Source of the DNA: Chitinophaga pinensis
GTDB taxonomy: Bacteria > Bacteroidota > Bacteroidia > UKL13-3
Length of the DNA stretch: 53,487 nucleotides
Direction: 5' to 3'
Assembly (NCBI GenBank): GCA_945873755.1
Contig: CAMCEM010000005.1
Coordinates: 1-53,487 of the forward strand
Every line of letters starts with the position of its first letter. Position 1 is the stretch's first letter. The position numbers and the translations under genes are program-made. Below are positions 8,934-17,217 of the stretch, one piece after another. Under the pieces are notes generated by a model. The model was not told the origin of the DNA, did not search any database, and saw only the letters and a list, made by a program, of their open reading frames with translations.

Positions 8934-10204
8934 TATCTTTTTATTAATTTCTTAACTGCTTCCAAAAATACATCTACTTCTTCCAAAGTATTGTAAACCG
9001 AAAACGAAGCACGAATGGTCCCATCTACACCTAAATAGCTCATTAATGGTTGTGTGCAATGATGACCCGTTCTCACTGCAATTCCTTTTGCATCTAACAT
9101 CATGCCTGCATCAAAATGGTGCATGCCGTTAATTACAAATGACTGAACTGAAACCTTTTGTTTTGCTGTTCCGATAAGGTTTATGGGTTGCTGCTGTGGA
9201 GACGTTGCATGCAACGTCTTTACCGATTGGTTGATAGCCAATAATCCATCAACACAATGTTTTAGTAATTCGTTTTCGTGCGTTGCAATATTTTCTTTGC
9301 CAATTTCATTGATAAAATCTAAAGCATATTTAAAAGCAATTACATCGCCAATATTGGGTGTTCCTGCTTCAAATTTATAAGGAATTTCATTGTAAGTAGT
9401 TTTTTCAAAACTCACTTCTTTTATCATTTCACCTCCACCTTGGTAAGGCGGCATGGCTTCTAACAATTCTCGTTTGCCATATAACACACCAACACCAGTT
9501 GGGCCATATAATTTATGCCCAGAAATGGTTAAAAAATCACAATCTAAATCTTGTACATCAACTTCTAAATGCGAGCATGCTTGTGCACCATCTAACAAAA
9601 CTTTAGCGCCAACAGCATGAGCTTTGGTTATAATTTCTTTTACAGGATTAATGGTTCCTAAAGCATTACTCACCCATACGCAAGCCACTATTTTGGTTTT
9701 TGATGAAAGTAATTTTTCATACTCTTCCATCAATAATTCGCCTGCTTCGTTTATTGGAATAACTTTTAAAATAGCACCTTTTTCTTCGCAAATCATTTGC
9801 CAAGGAACAATATTGCTGTGGTGTTCCATGGTAGTTATGATTACTTCATCGCCTGCTACCAAAAATTTTCTTCCCCAAGTTTGGGCAACTAAGTTGATGC
9901 TTTCTGTAACTCCTTTTGTGAAAATACATTCTTCCACTTCCTTCGCATTTATAAATGCTTGAATGGTTTTACGTGTATCCTCAAACATGTCGGTAGAACG
10001 AGCAGCTAGGGTATGTGCAGCTCTGTGAATGTTTGCATTATCGTGAGAATAATATTTAACTAATGCATCAATAACTGCTTGTGGTTTTTGTGTGGTAGCG
10101 GCATTGTCAAAATAAATCAAAGGCTTACCATTAACCTCTTGATGAAGTATTGGAAACTGATTTCTTATTGATGTTATATCTAATTTTTGAGCCACAGATT
10201 TCAC
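8933..10204 (-). CDS. sufS: SufS-family cysteine desulfurase
   Basis: YFDNAATTQKP, EHHSN, SGHKLYGPTG (PLP Lys), RTGHHCTQP; GTG start position uncertain. Confidence 0.95.
   Translation of the reverse strand: MKSVAQKLDITSIRNQFPILHQEVNGKPLIYFDNAATTQKPQAVIDALVKYYSHDNANIHRAAHTLAARSTDMFEDTRKTIQAFINAKEVEECIFTKGVTESINLVAQTWGRKFLVAGDEVIITTMEHHSNIVPWQMICEEKGAILKVIPINEAGELLMEEYEKLLSSKTKIVACVWVSNALGTINPVKEIITKAHAVGAKVLLDGAQACSHLEVDVQDLDCDFLTISGHKLYGPTGVGVLYGKRELLEAMPPYQGGGEMIKEVSFEKTTYNEIPYKFEAGTPNIGDVIAFKYALDFINEIGKENIATHENELLKHCVDGLLAINQSVKTLHATSPQQQPINLIGTAKQKVSVQSFVINGMHHFDAGMMLDAKGIAVRTGHHCTQPLMSYLGVDGTIRASFSVYNTLEEVDVFLEAVKKLIKR
9196..9223. repeat. REP-like palindrome inside sufS
   Basis: Perfect 20-bp palindrome agacgttgcatgcaacgtct at 9200-9219. 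Confidence 0.8.
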
Positions 10205-10230
10205 AGATTTAAATGATTTTTTATTTTACT

Positions 10231-10394
10231 AACCGCAAAGTTCGCAAAGGTTTTTCGCAAAGTTCGCAAAGGTTTACTTCGTGTTCTGGTTTGTTTTATT
10301 TTTTTAACCGCAAAGTTCGCAAAGGTTTTTCGCAAAGTTCTTAAAGGTTTTCTTCGTGCTCTTTGCGTATTCTCTTCGTGTTCTTTGCGGTTAA
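10231..10394. repeat. cgcaaagtt 9-mer array with inverted arm
   Basis: aaccgcaaagttcgcaaaggtttttcgcaaagttc duplicated at 10231 and 10306; ttaaccgcaaag (10304) / ctttgcggttaa (10383) form a perfect 12-bp inverted repeat. Confidence 0.9.
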
Positions 10395-10407
10395 TCTTCT
10401 TAACTAT

Positions 10408-10806
10408 TTAGTTTTCGATTTTATTAGCAACTCTTTTAAGTCCATTTTTTAAAAGTGTTACGTTAAAGTTTATCAAAAGGCCTAGTCTAAAGTCACCTAT
10501 TTTTAAATAAGTTAGTGTTTGAGCCAAATCAACATCGTTCAAGGCTTCTTTTGACTTTATTTCTAGTACCAATTTTTTTTCTACAAGTAAATCTATTCTA
10601 TAACCAATTTCTAATTTAACCTCATTATAAATTAATGGCATTGGCTTTTCTTTTTCAACAAATAAACCTTCTTTCACTAATTCAAAATACAAACATTCCT
10701 TGTAGGCAGATTCTAACAAACCAGGCCCTAATGCTTTATGAACCTTGATTGCACAACCAATTACTTTATTAGTTATTTCTTCTATATTTAAATTACCTTC
10801 AATCAT
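10408..10806 (-). CDS. GxxExxY protein (PD-(D/E)XK nuclease-like)
   Basis: LGPGLLESAY, RIDLLVE..LVLEIKS, Q.LTYLK, GLLINF. Confidence 0.93.
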   Translation of the reverse strand: MIEGNLNIEEITNKVIGCAIKVHKALGPGLLESAYKECLYFELVKEGLFVEKEKPMPLIYNEVKLEIGYRIDLLVEKKLVLEIKSKEALNDVDLAQTLTYLKIGDFRLGLLINFNVTLLKNGLKRVANKIEN

Positions 10807-10841
10807 GTAATCTGTGTAATCTGTGCAATCTGTGGCTAATC

Positions 10842-12128
10842 TTATATCTTTTTCTCTATTTCTTGTTCTAGCAATTCGACCAATTCAGGAATTTTAATTC
10901 TTTCAGCTATATCATCGGCAAATGCGTTTAGCAGCATTTTTCTTGCTACATCTGCCGGAATTCCTCTGCTTCTTAAGTAAAACATAGGTTCTTCGTCTAG
11001 TTGACCAATAGTTGCGCCATGTGTACATTTAACATCATCAGCAAAAATTTCTAATTGGGGTTTGGTATTTACCGTTGCCTCATTGCTTAATAATATATTT
11101 TTGTTACGTTGATATGCATTGGTTTTTTGTGCATCTAAATGAACCATAATTTTTCCATTAAATACCGCCACCGATTTATCCATCATAATGCCTTTGTATA
11201 ATTCATCACTAAAGCAATTTGGGAAAGCATGGTCAACACGTGTGTGGTTATCAACTAACTCTGTTCCATGTGGCATATACAAACCATACAATAAACTATT
11301 GCAGTTTTGTCCGTTCATAAAAAAATGTAAGTTGTTACGCACCAAAGTACCACTTAATGTTAAGGTTACGTGGTTAATATTGGTATTTGCTTCTTGAAAA
11401 ATTTGGGTAAAATTATTGTGGTAACTTTCACCTTCTTGGTTTTGAATTTTATAATGTTCAATATGCGCATTTTCATTAGCATAAACTTCATTAACCGCAT
11501 TGGTAAATGAGGGGTTATTACCAACGGCATAAAAAGTTTCAACCAAAGTTAGCGAAGCACTTTTTTCTACAATAATTAAATTGCGGGGTTGGCACAATAC
11601 ATTTACATCGGTTGAATCGGCAATATTGATTATGATAACAGGATTGGTTAATGTTTTATTATTGGGTACAAATATAAAAGCACCATCACTTAACAAAGCA
11701 GTATTCATGGCATTTAAACCTTGTCCTTCAATGGGAGCATATTTGCCAAAATGTTTGTTAAATAATTCGCTATGAGCTGTTTTGGCTTTAGCTAAAGTAG
11801 TAATAACAATGCTGCTATCAGTTTCAATTATGGTTGAAAGTTCAGTGCGGAAAGTACCATTTACAAAAACCAATTTGTTGGCTGTTAAGTCTTTTAAAAA
11901 CGCATGCGATAGCATCAATTCTGTTTCAATGGTACTTTCGCATGTTGATTGAAACGATTGATTGACAATATTTTTAAGGTTGGTGTATTTCCATTCCTCG
12001 TTTTTGGTGGTAGGAAAACCAACTTTTTCAAATTCAGCAAAAGCTTCTTCACGCTTCAAAAAGAAATCACTTTTCTCCGCTTGATTTTTGTATAAATTAA
12101 ACTCTGCTTTTATATTTTCTACTAACAT
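10842..12128 (-). CDS. sufD: Fe-S cluster assembly protein SufD
   Basis: FPTTKNEEWKYT, KPQLEIFADDVKCTHGAT; ATG at 12128 preferred because the upstream ORF extension is translated repeat. Confidence 0.95.
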   Translation of the reverse strand: MLVENIKAEFNLYKNQAEKSDFFLKREEAFAEFEKVGFPTTKNEEWKYTNLKNIVNQSFQSTCESTIETELMLSHAFLKDLTANKLVFVNGTFRTELSTIIETDSSIVITTLAKAKTAHSELFNKHFGKYAPIEGQGLNAMNTALLSDGAFIFVPNNKTLTNPVIIINIADSTDVNVLCQPRNLIIVEKSASLTLVETFYAVGNNPSFTNAVNEVYANENAHIEHYKIQNQEGESYHNNFTQIFQEANTNINHVTLTLSGTLVRNNLHFFMNGQNCNSLLYGLYMPHGTELVDNHTRVDHAFPNCFSDELYKGIMMDKSVAVFNGKIMVHLDAQKTNAYQRNKNILLSNEATVNTKPQLEIFADDVKCTHGATIGQLDEEPMFYLRSRGIPADVARKMLLNAFADDIAERIKIPELVELLEQEIEKKI

Positions 12129-12138
12129 TATTTCTCTA

Positions 12139-12256
12139 TAAATTCTAAATTCGAATAACGAAATCCGAAACATTTTAAATAAATTTTGACTTAAAATTCT
12201 TTACTCAACTTAATATTAAAAAATATTTCGTGCTTCGAATTTTAAATTTCGAATTT
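12139..12256. repeat. Inverted heptamer cassette between sufC and sufD
   Basis: aaattctaaattcgaataacgaaatccgaaac ... tttcgtgcttcgaattttaaatttcgaattt. Confidence 0.7.
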
Positions 12257-13015
12257 TTATGAATTAGCTTCTACTTCTTGTTTAATCCAATCGTAGCCTT
12301 TTTCTTCTAATTCTTTGGCTAAACTTGCATCGCCACTTTTTACAATGCGGCCTTTGTATAACACATGCACAAAATCTGGAACTATATAATCTAACAACCT
12401 TTGGTAATGTGTAATAACAATGAATGCTCTTTCTTTATTGCGCAATTTATTTACCCCTTCCGATACCAAACGCAAAGCATCAATATCTAATCCTGAATCG
12501 GTTTCATCTAAAATACCTAATTTAGGTTCCAACATTGCCATTTGAAAAATTTCATTGCGTTTTTTCTCACCGCCACTAAAACCTTCGTTCAATGAACGAC
12601 TGGTTAACGATTTATCCATTTCAACCATAGCCATTTTTTCGCGCATCATTTTCAAAAAGTCGGTAGCTTCCATTGGCTCTAAACCTTGGTATTTGCGCTT
12701 TTCGTTGATGGCCGTTTTCAAAAAATTGGTATTGCTCACACCTGGTATTTCAATTGGGTATTGAAAAGCCAAAAACACACCTTCACGTGCTCTATCTTCT
12801 GGGCTTAATTCTAATAAATCTTTACCTTCAAATTCAACAGTTCCTTCTGTAACTTCGTAATCAGCTCTGCCAGCCAATACAGCCGATAAAGTACTTTTAC
12901 CTGCACCATTTGGTCCCATGATTGCATGCACTTCGCCTGCTTTTACTTCAAGGTTTAAACCATTTAGGATTTTTTTACCTTCTATTTCTGCTTTTAGATT
13001 TTTTATTGATAACAT
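12257..13015 (-). CDS. sufC: Fe-S cluster assembly ATPase SufC
   Basis: GPNGAGKST, FSGGEKKRNE, LDETDSGLD; start MLSIKNL at 13015 preferred. Confidence 0.96.
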   Translation of the reverse strand: MLSIKNLKAEIEGKKILNGLNLEVKAGEVHAIMGPNGAGKSTLSAVLAGRADYEVTEGTVEFEGKDLLELSPEDRAREGVFLAFQYPIEIPGVSNTNFLKTAINEKRKYQGLEPMEATDFLKMMREKMAMVEMDKSLTSRSLNEGFSGGEKKRNEIFQMAMLEPKLGILDETDSGLDIDALRLVSEGVNKLRNKERAFIVITHYQRLLDYIVPDFVHVLYKGRIVKSGDASLAKELEEKGYDWIKQEVEANS

Positions 13016-13027
13016 TTTTTCTTGTTT

Positions 13028-13107
13028 ATGGACCATGGACGATAGTCCATAGCAAATAATACTTATTTGAATTTTCTATGGTCTATCGACCATTAACTAT
13101 TGTCTAT
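13028..13107. repeat. Inverted heptamer cassette (atggacc/atagtcc ... ctatggt/ctatcga) between sufB and sufC
   Basis: atggaccatggacgatagtccatag ... ctatggtctatcgaccattaactattgtcta. Confidence 0.7.
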
Positions 13108-14555
13108 CCGACACTTCCTTCTAAACTTACTGCTAATAGCTTCTGTGCTTCTACTGCGAATTCCATTGGTAATTGGTTCAGTACTTCTTTACAGAAACCG
13201 TTTACAATTAATCCGATGGCTTCTTCTGTGCCAATACCACGTTGGTTGCAATAAAATATTTGATCTTCACCAATCTTACTAGTACTTGCTTCGTGTTCAA
13301 CTGTAGCAGTATTATTACTTATTTCTAGGTATGGAAAAGTATGCGCTCCACTCCTATTTCCTATTAACATACTATCGCATTGCGTATGGTTACGGGCATT
13401 TTCAGCTTTTTTATTTACTTTAACTAAACCACGGTAGGTGTTGTGCGATTTTCCTGCTGAAATTCCTTTCGATACAATTCTGCTTTTGGTGTTTTTACCA
13501 ATGTGAATCATTTTGGTTCCGGTATCGGCAACTTGCATGTTATTAGTTACAGCAACCGAAAAAAACTCACCAGTTGAATAATCACCTTTTAATATACAAC
13601 TTGGGTATTTCCAAGTAATGGCACTTCCAGTTTCTACTTGTGTCCAGCTAATTTTAGAATGTGCACCTTCGCAACTTCCACGCTTAGTAACAAAATTATA
13701 AATCCCACCTTTTCCATCTTTGTCTCCTGGATACCAGTTTTGAACGGTAGAATATTTTATTTCTGCTTTTTCCATCGCAATTAATTCCACTACAGCTGCG
13801 TGCAATTGGTTTTCATCGCGCATGGGAGCGGTGCAACCTTCTAAATAACTAACATAACTGTTATCGTCTGCAATGATTAATGTTCGCTCAAACTGACCCG
13901 TATTTTCAGCATTGATACGGAAATAAGTAGACAATTCCATTGGGCAACGAACTCCTTTTGGAATATAAACAAAACTTCCATCGCTAAAAACAGCTGCGTT
14001 TAAAGCCGAAAAATAATTATCGGTGTAAGGAACCACAGAGCCAATGTGTTTTTTTACTAATTCTGGGTGCTCATGCAATGCTTCACTGATGGCGCAGAAA
14101 ATAACTCCTTTTTCGTATAATTGGTCTTTAAAAGTGGTGGCTATAGAAACTGAATCAAAAACTGCATCAACTGCAACTCCTGTTAAACGTTTTTGTTCTG
14201 ATAAACTAATTCCTAATTTTTCAAATGTTTTTAATAATTCTGGATCTACTTGATCTAAACTATCTAATTTTATTTTTTCTTTTGGAGCAGCGTAATAAAT
14301 AATGTCTTGGTAATTGATTGGCTTTAAATTAAAATTTTGCCAATTGGGTTCTTCTAAAGTTAACCAATAACGATAAGCTTTCAATCTCCATTCCAACATC
14401 CATTCAGGTTCATTTTTTTTTGAAGAAATAAACCTAACAATATCCTCGCTCAGCCCCATAGGAGCAGTTTCCATTTCTATATCAGTACTAAATCCATATT
14501 TATATTCTTGGCTTACTACCTGATCAATTATATCAACTTCTTGTGTTTCTGACAT
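13104..14555 (-). CDS. sufB: Fe-S cluster assembly protein SufB
   Basis: [45 protein letters not shown]. Confidence 0.97.
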   Translation of the reverse strand: MSETQEVDIIDQVVSQEYKYGFSTDIEMETAPMGLSEDIVRFISSKKNEPEWMLEWRLKAYRYWLTLEEPNWQNFNLKPINYQDIIYYAAPKEKIKLDSLDQVDPELLKTFEKLGISLSEQKRLTGVAVDAVFDSVSIATTFKDQLYEKGVIFCAISEALHEHPELVKKHIGSVVPYTDNYFSALNAAVFSDGSFVYIPKGVRCPMELSTYFRINAENTGQFERTLIIADDNSYVSYLEGCTAPMRDENQLHAAVVELIAMEKAEIKYSTVQNWYPGDKDGKGGIYNFVTKRGSCEGAHSKISWTQVETGSAITWKYPSCILKGDYSTGEFFSVAVTNNMQVADTGTKMIHIGKNTKSRIVSKGISAGKSHNTYRGLVKVNKKAENARNHTQCDSMLIGNRSGAHTFPYLEISNNTATVEHEASTSKIGEDQIFYCNQRGIGTEEAIGLIVNGFCKEVLNQLPMEFAVEAQKLLAVSLEGSVG

Positions 14556-14584
14556 TTTTAAACTTTTTATTGAGTTTTGGATTG

Positions 14585-14592
14585 CAAATTTA
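14585..14592 (-). promoter_or_regulatory. Putative -7 promoter box (TAAATTTG) of the suf operon
   Basis: TAnnTTTG match about 29 nt upstream of the sufB ATG. Confidence 0.55.
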
Positions 14593-14770
14593 AACTAAAT
14601 TTTTGACTATTTATATTTAGTCTAAATAGAAATACAAAAAAATGTTCCTAACTGTTTTATAAAATGATTTAGTTTAGTTCTTTGTAAATAGTTCATAGTT
14701 TGTGGGTTTTTGGTTTCGGCTTATTTATTACGAGTTATAATTTTCATACTTAATACTTCTTAATTGATAA

Positions 14771-14902
14771 GTTGCGTAAGGGATAGCAGCGGAAATCCTT
14801 TTTTGTTTGGCATTGTGGGTTGGGTAAAAAAGATTGGAGCGAATAGCCCGACCCATTTTAGCTAGTAATGGCCTTAGAAATGGGCCAAATGGGTTACGCC
14901 CA
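14771..14902. repeat. GC-rich multi-stem intergenic element (MITE-like or ncRNA)
   Basis: Pairings gcgtaa/ttacgc, aatcctttttt/aaaaaagatt and cccattt/aaatggg. Confidence 0.55.
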
Positions 14903-14979
14903 AAAACAAATTATAAAATTGAGATAAGTGACTAATATATGTATATTTAAAAAACGGTAGGCAATTAAACAGCTTTATT

Positions 14980-14987
14980 TATATTTG
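14980..14987 (+). promoter_or_regulatory. Putative -7 promoter box (TATATTTG) for psd
   Basis: TAnnTTTG match 22 nt before the ATG. Confidence 0.6.
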
Positions 14988-15009
14988 CCGATTAATAAAA
15001 AACAAAAAA

Positions 15010-15660
15010 ATGTTACATAAAGAAGGGAAAGCTACTATATTAATTACACTGTTAAGTTTATTTGCTTTAAATTTCGCTTTCAGTTTTACAGAAATTAACT
15101 GGTTAATAAATATAATTTTAATTTTATCAATAGTATTTTTAATCATCATTCTACAATTTTTCAGAAACCCTACTGTTACAGTTACTCAAAACGAAAACCA
15201 TGTAATTTGCCCTGCTGATGGAAAAGTAGTGGTGATAGAAGAAGTAATGGAAACGGAATATTACAATGAAAAAAGAATTCAAGTTTCTGTATTTATGAGT
15301 CCTTTTAATGTGCATGTAAACCGAAACCCAATTGGTGGTTTGGTAAAATATTTTAAATACCATCCTGGTTTATATTTAGTGGCTTGGCATCCAAAATCAT
15401 CTACTGAAAATGAACGTACTACAACAGTTATTGAAAAAACAAACGGTGTTTCTGTTTTGTTTCGCCAAGTTGCAGGTGCATTGGCTAAACGCATAGTTTG
15501 GTATGTAAAAGAAGGTCAACAAGCGGAGCAAGGTGCTGAAATGGGTTTTATTAAATTTGGTTCGAGGGTTGATTTGTATTTGCCTTTAGATGCTAAAATA
15601 AATGTGACTTTAAATGAAGTGGTTAAAGGTGGAAAAACAGTTATAGCTGAATTTAAATAA
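15010..15660 (+). CDS. psd: Phosphatidylserine decarboxylase proenzyme
   Basis: FFRNP, PADGKV, FMSPFNVHVNR.P, IKFGSRVD (self-cleavage site). Confidence 0.95.
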   Translation: MLHKEGKATILITLLSLFALNFAFSFTEINWLINIILILSIVFLIIILQFFRNPTVTVTQNENHVICPADGKVVVIEEVMETEYYNEKRIQVSVFMSPFNVHVNRNPIGGLVKYFKYHPGLYLVAWHPKSSTENERTTTVIEKTNGVSVLFRQVAGALAKRIVWYVKEGQQAEQGAEMGFIKFGSRVDLYLPLDAKINVTLNEVVKGGKTVIAEFK

Positions 15661-15698
15661 ATAGTTTGTAGTAAATTAAAGCAAATCCTTTTTTCTTC

Positions 15699-15800
15699 TT
15701 TCTTTTTCCTTAGATGAAAAAGAAACAAAAAATCAAGGCAAAAAAATGCTTCCACCCACAAGGCTTGGGCTGGCCCGCTTTTTTGCCGACCCAACGCACA
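15699..15800. repeat. Structured intergenic element (MITE-like)
   Basis: tttctttttc/gaaaaagaaa hairpin followed by a ggcaaaaaa/ttttttgcc stem. Confidence 0.55.
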
Positions 15801-16028
15801 TTGTTAATGGAATAATTTACTATAAAATATAAAGTAACCTGAAACAAAAGCTATGTATTCTATGTGTCTATGTGGTTTTTGTTTTATTTAAAAATTAGTT
15901 TTTAAAAATGTCAATGGTTGTAAGAAGCAATCCCTCTGTGATTCTGATTTGTCGGAAGCTTCGTGCCTCGTAATGACGAATACTAAGTTTTAGCAAAAAA
16001 ATAATCGACTTATTATAAAATAAAAATT

Positions 16029-17087
16029 TTGAACAAAATAGATATACGCGAACTTACGCTTGACGAATTAAAAGACATTTTTGTAAAAAAAAGTCAGCCT
16101 GCTTTTAGAGGACAGCAAGTGTATGAATGGCTATGGAAAAAGTCGGCTACCAGTTTTGATGAAATGAGTAATCTTTCGATTGAATTACGCAATTTATTAA
16201 ACGAAGAGTTTTGCATTAATCATATTAAAGTTCAAGATAAACAAGTAAGCGAAGATAGAACCATAAAAAGTAGTTTTAGGCTTCATGATGGTTTTTTGGT
16301 GGAAGGTGTTTTAATTCCTGCCGAAGATAGAATGACTGCTTGTGTGAGTAGTCAAGTGGGTTGTAGTTTAACCTGTAAGTTTTGTGCCACAGGAACCATG
16401 AAGCGAGAGCGTAATTTAACCCCTGCCGAAATTTATGACCAAGTGGTTCATATAAAAAATTGGGCCAATAACCATTACGGAAAACCTTTGACCAATATTG
16501 TGTTTATGGGAATGGGCGAACCATTACTCAATTATAGCAATGTAATGGCAGCCATTAAGAAAATTACTTTGCCTGAAGGATTAAACATGAGCAATGAACG
16601 CATTACGGTTAGTACGGCTGGCATTGCCAAAATGATAGAAAAATTAGGGGACGACAATGTTAAATTCCGTTTGGCACTTTCGCTGCATGCTGCAAGCGAT
16701 GAAAAACGAAACCTAATAATGCCCATCAATGAAAGCAATAGTTTAGAAGCGGTTGGTAAAGCATTGCAACATTTTTATGCAAAAACTAAAAGCCGTATAA
16801 CCTTTGAATATATAGCTTTTAAAGATTTTAACGAAAGTATTGAAGATGCAAAATTATTGCTAAAATTCTGCAAAAAAGTGCCTGCAAAAGTTAATATTAT
16901 TGAATACAATCCTACAGGAGATGGCCAGTTTGAAAAAGCCGATAGTACTAAAATAGACCAATTTTGTGCTTACCTAGAAAAAAATGGAGTAAAAGCTACT
17001 GTTAGAAGAAGCAGAGGAAAAGACATAGATGCAGCCTGCGGACAATTAGCAAATAAGAAACATGTGGAAGCTTTGATGGAAGGGTAA
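16029..17087 (+). CDS. rlmN: 23S rRNA m2A2503 / tRNA methyltransferase RlmN
   Basis: CVSSQVGCSLTCKFCATG, FMGMGEP, SLHA, DIDAACGQL. Confidence 0.96.
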   Translation: MNKIDIRELTLDELKDIFVKKSQPAFRGQQVYEWLWKKSATSFDEMSNLSIELRNLLNEEFCINHIKVQDKQVSEDRTIKSSFRLHDGFLVEGVLIPAEDRMTACVSSQVGCSLTCKFCATGTMKRERNLTPAEIYDQVVHIKNWANNHYGKPLTNIVFMGMGEPLLNYSNVMAAIKKITLPEGLNMSNERITVSTAGIAKMIEKLGDDNVKFRLALSLHAASDEKRNLIMPINESNSLEAVGKALQHFYAKTKSRITFEYIAFKDFNESIEDAKLLLKFCKKVPAKVNIIEYNPTGDGQFEKADSTKIDQFCAYLEKNGVKATVRRSRGKDIDAACGQLANKKHVEALMEG

Positions 17088-17144
17088 AAAGTTCGGAATG
17101 CGAAGTGACAAAAATGCGGAGTAAAGAATAGTATTTTATATACA

Positions 17145-17182
17145 AAAAATCCCAATAACTATTCGTCATTGGGATTTTTTTT
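17145..17182. terminator. Bidirectional intrinsic terminator between rlmN and gcvP
   Basis: aaaaaatcccaat / attgggatttttt between convergent genes. Confidence 0.85.
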
Positions 17183-17217
17183 ATGATAAAAGCTAACAGC
17201 TAGAAGCCATAAGCAAT

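Larger units (their letters stand above)
10190..10837. mobile_element. Putative GxxExxY mobile cassette bounded by 20-bp imperfect inverted repeats
   Basis: agccacagatttcacagatt (10190-10209) versus aatctgtgcaatctgtggct (10818-10837), 19/20 complementary; interrupts sufD-sufS. Confidence 0.6.

Noticed and set aside
12129-12173. N-terminal extension of SufD (MFRISLFEFRI...), and similarly SufC 13016-13036
   Set aside because: These are translated heptamer repeats; downstream ATGs match typical family starts.
15516-15794. 92-aa minus-strand ORF
   Set aside because: Overlaps psd in antisense and is otherwise a translation of the structured repeat element.
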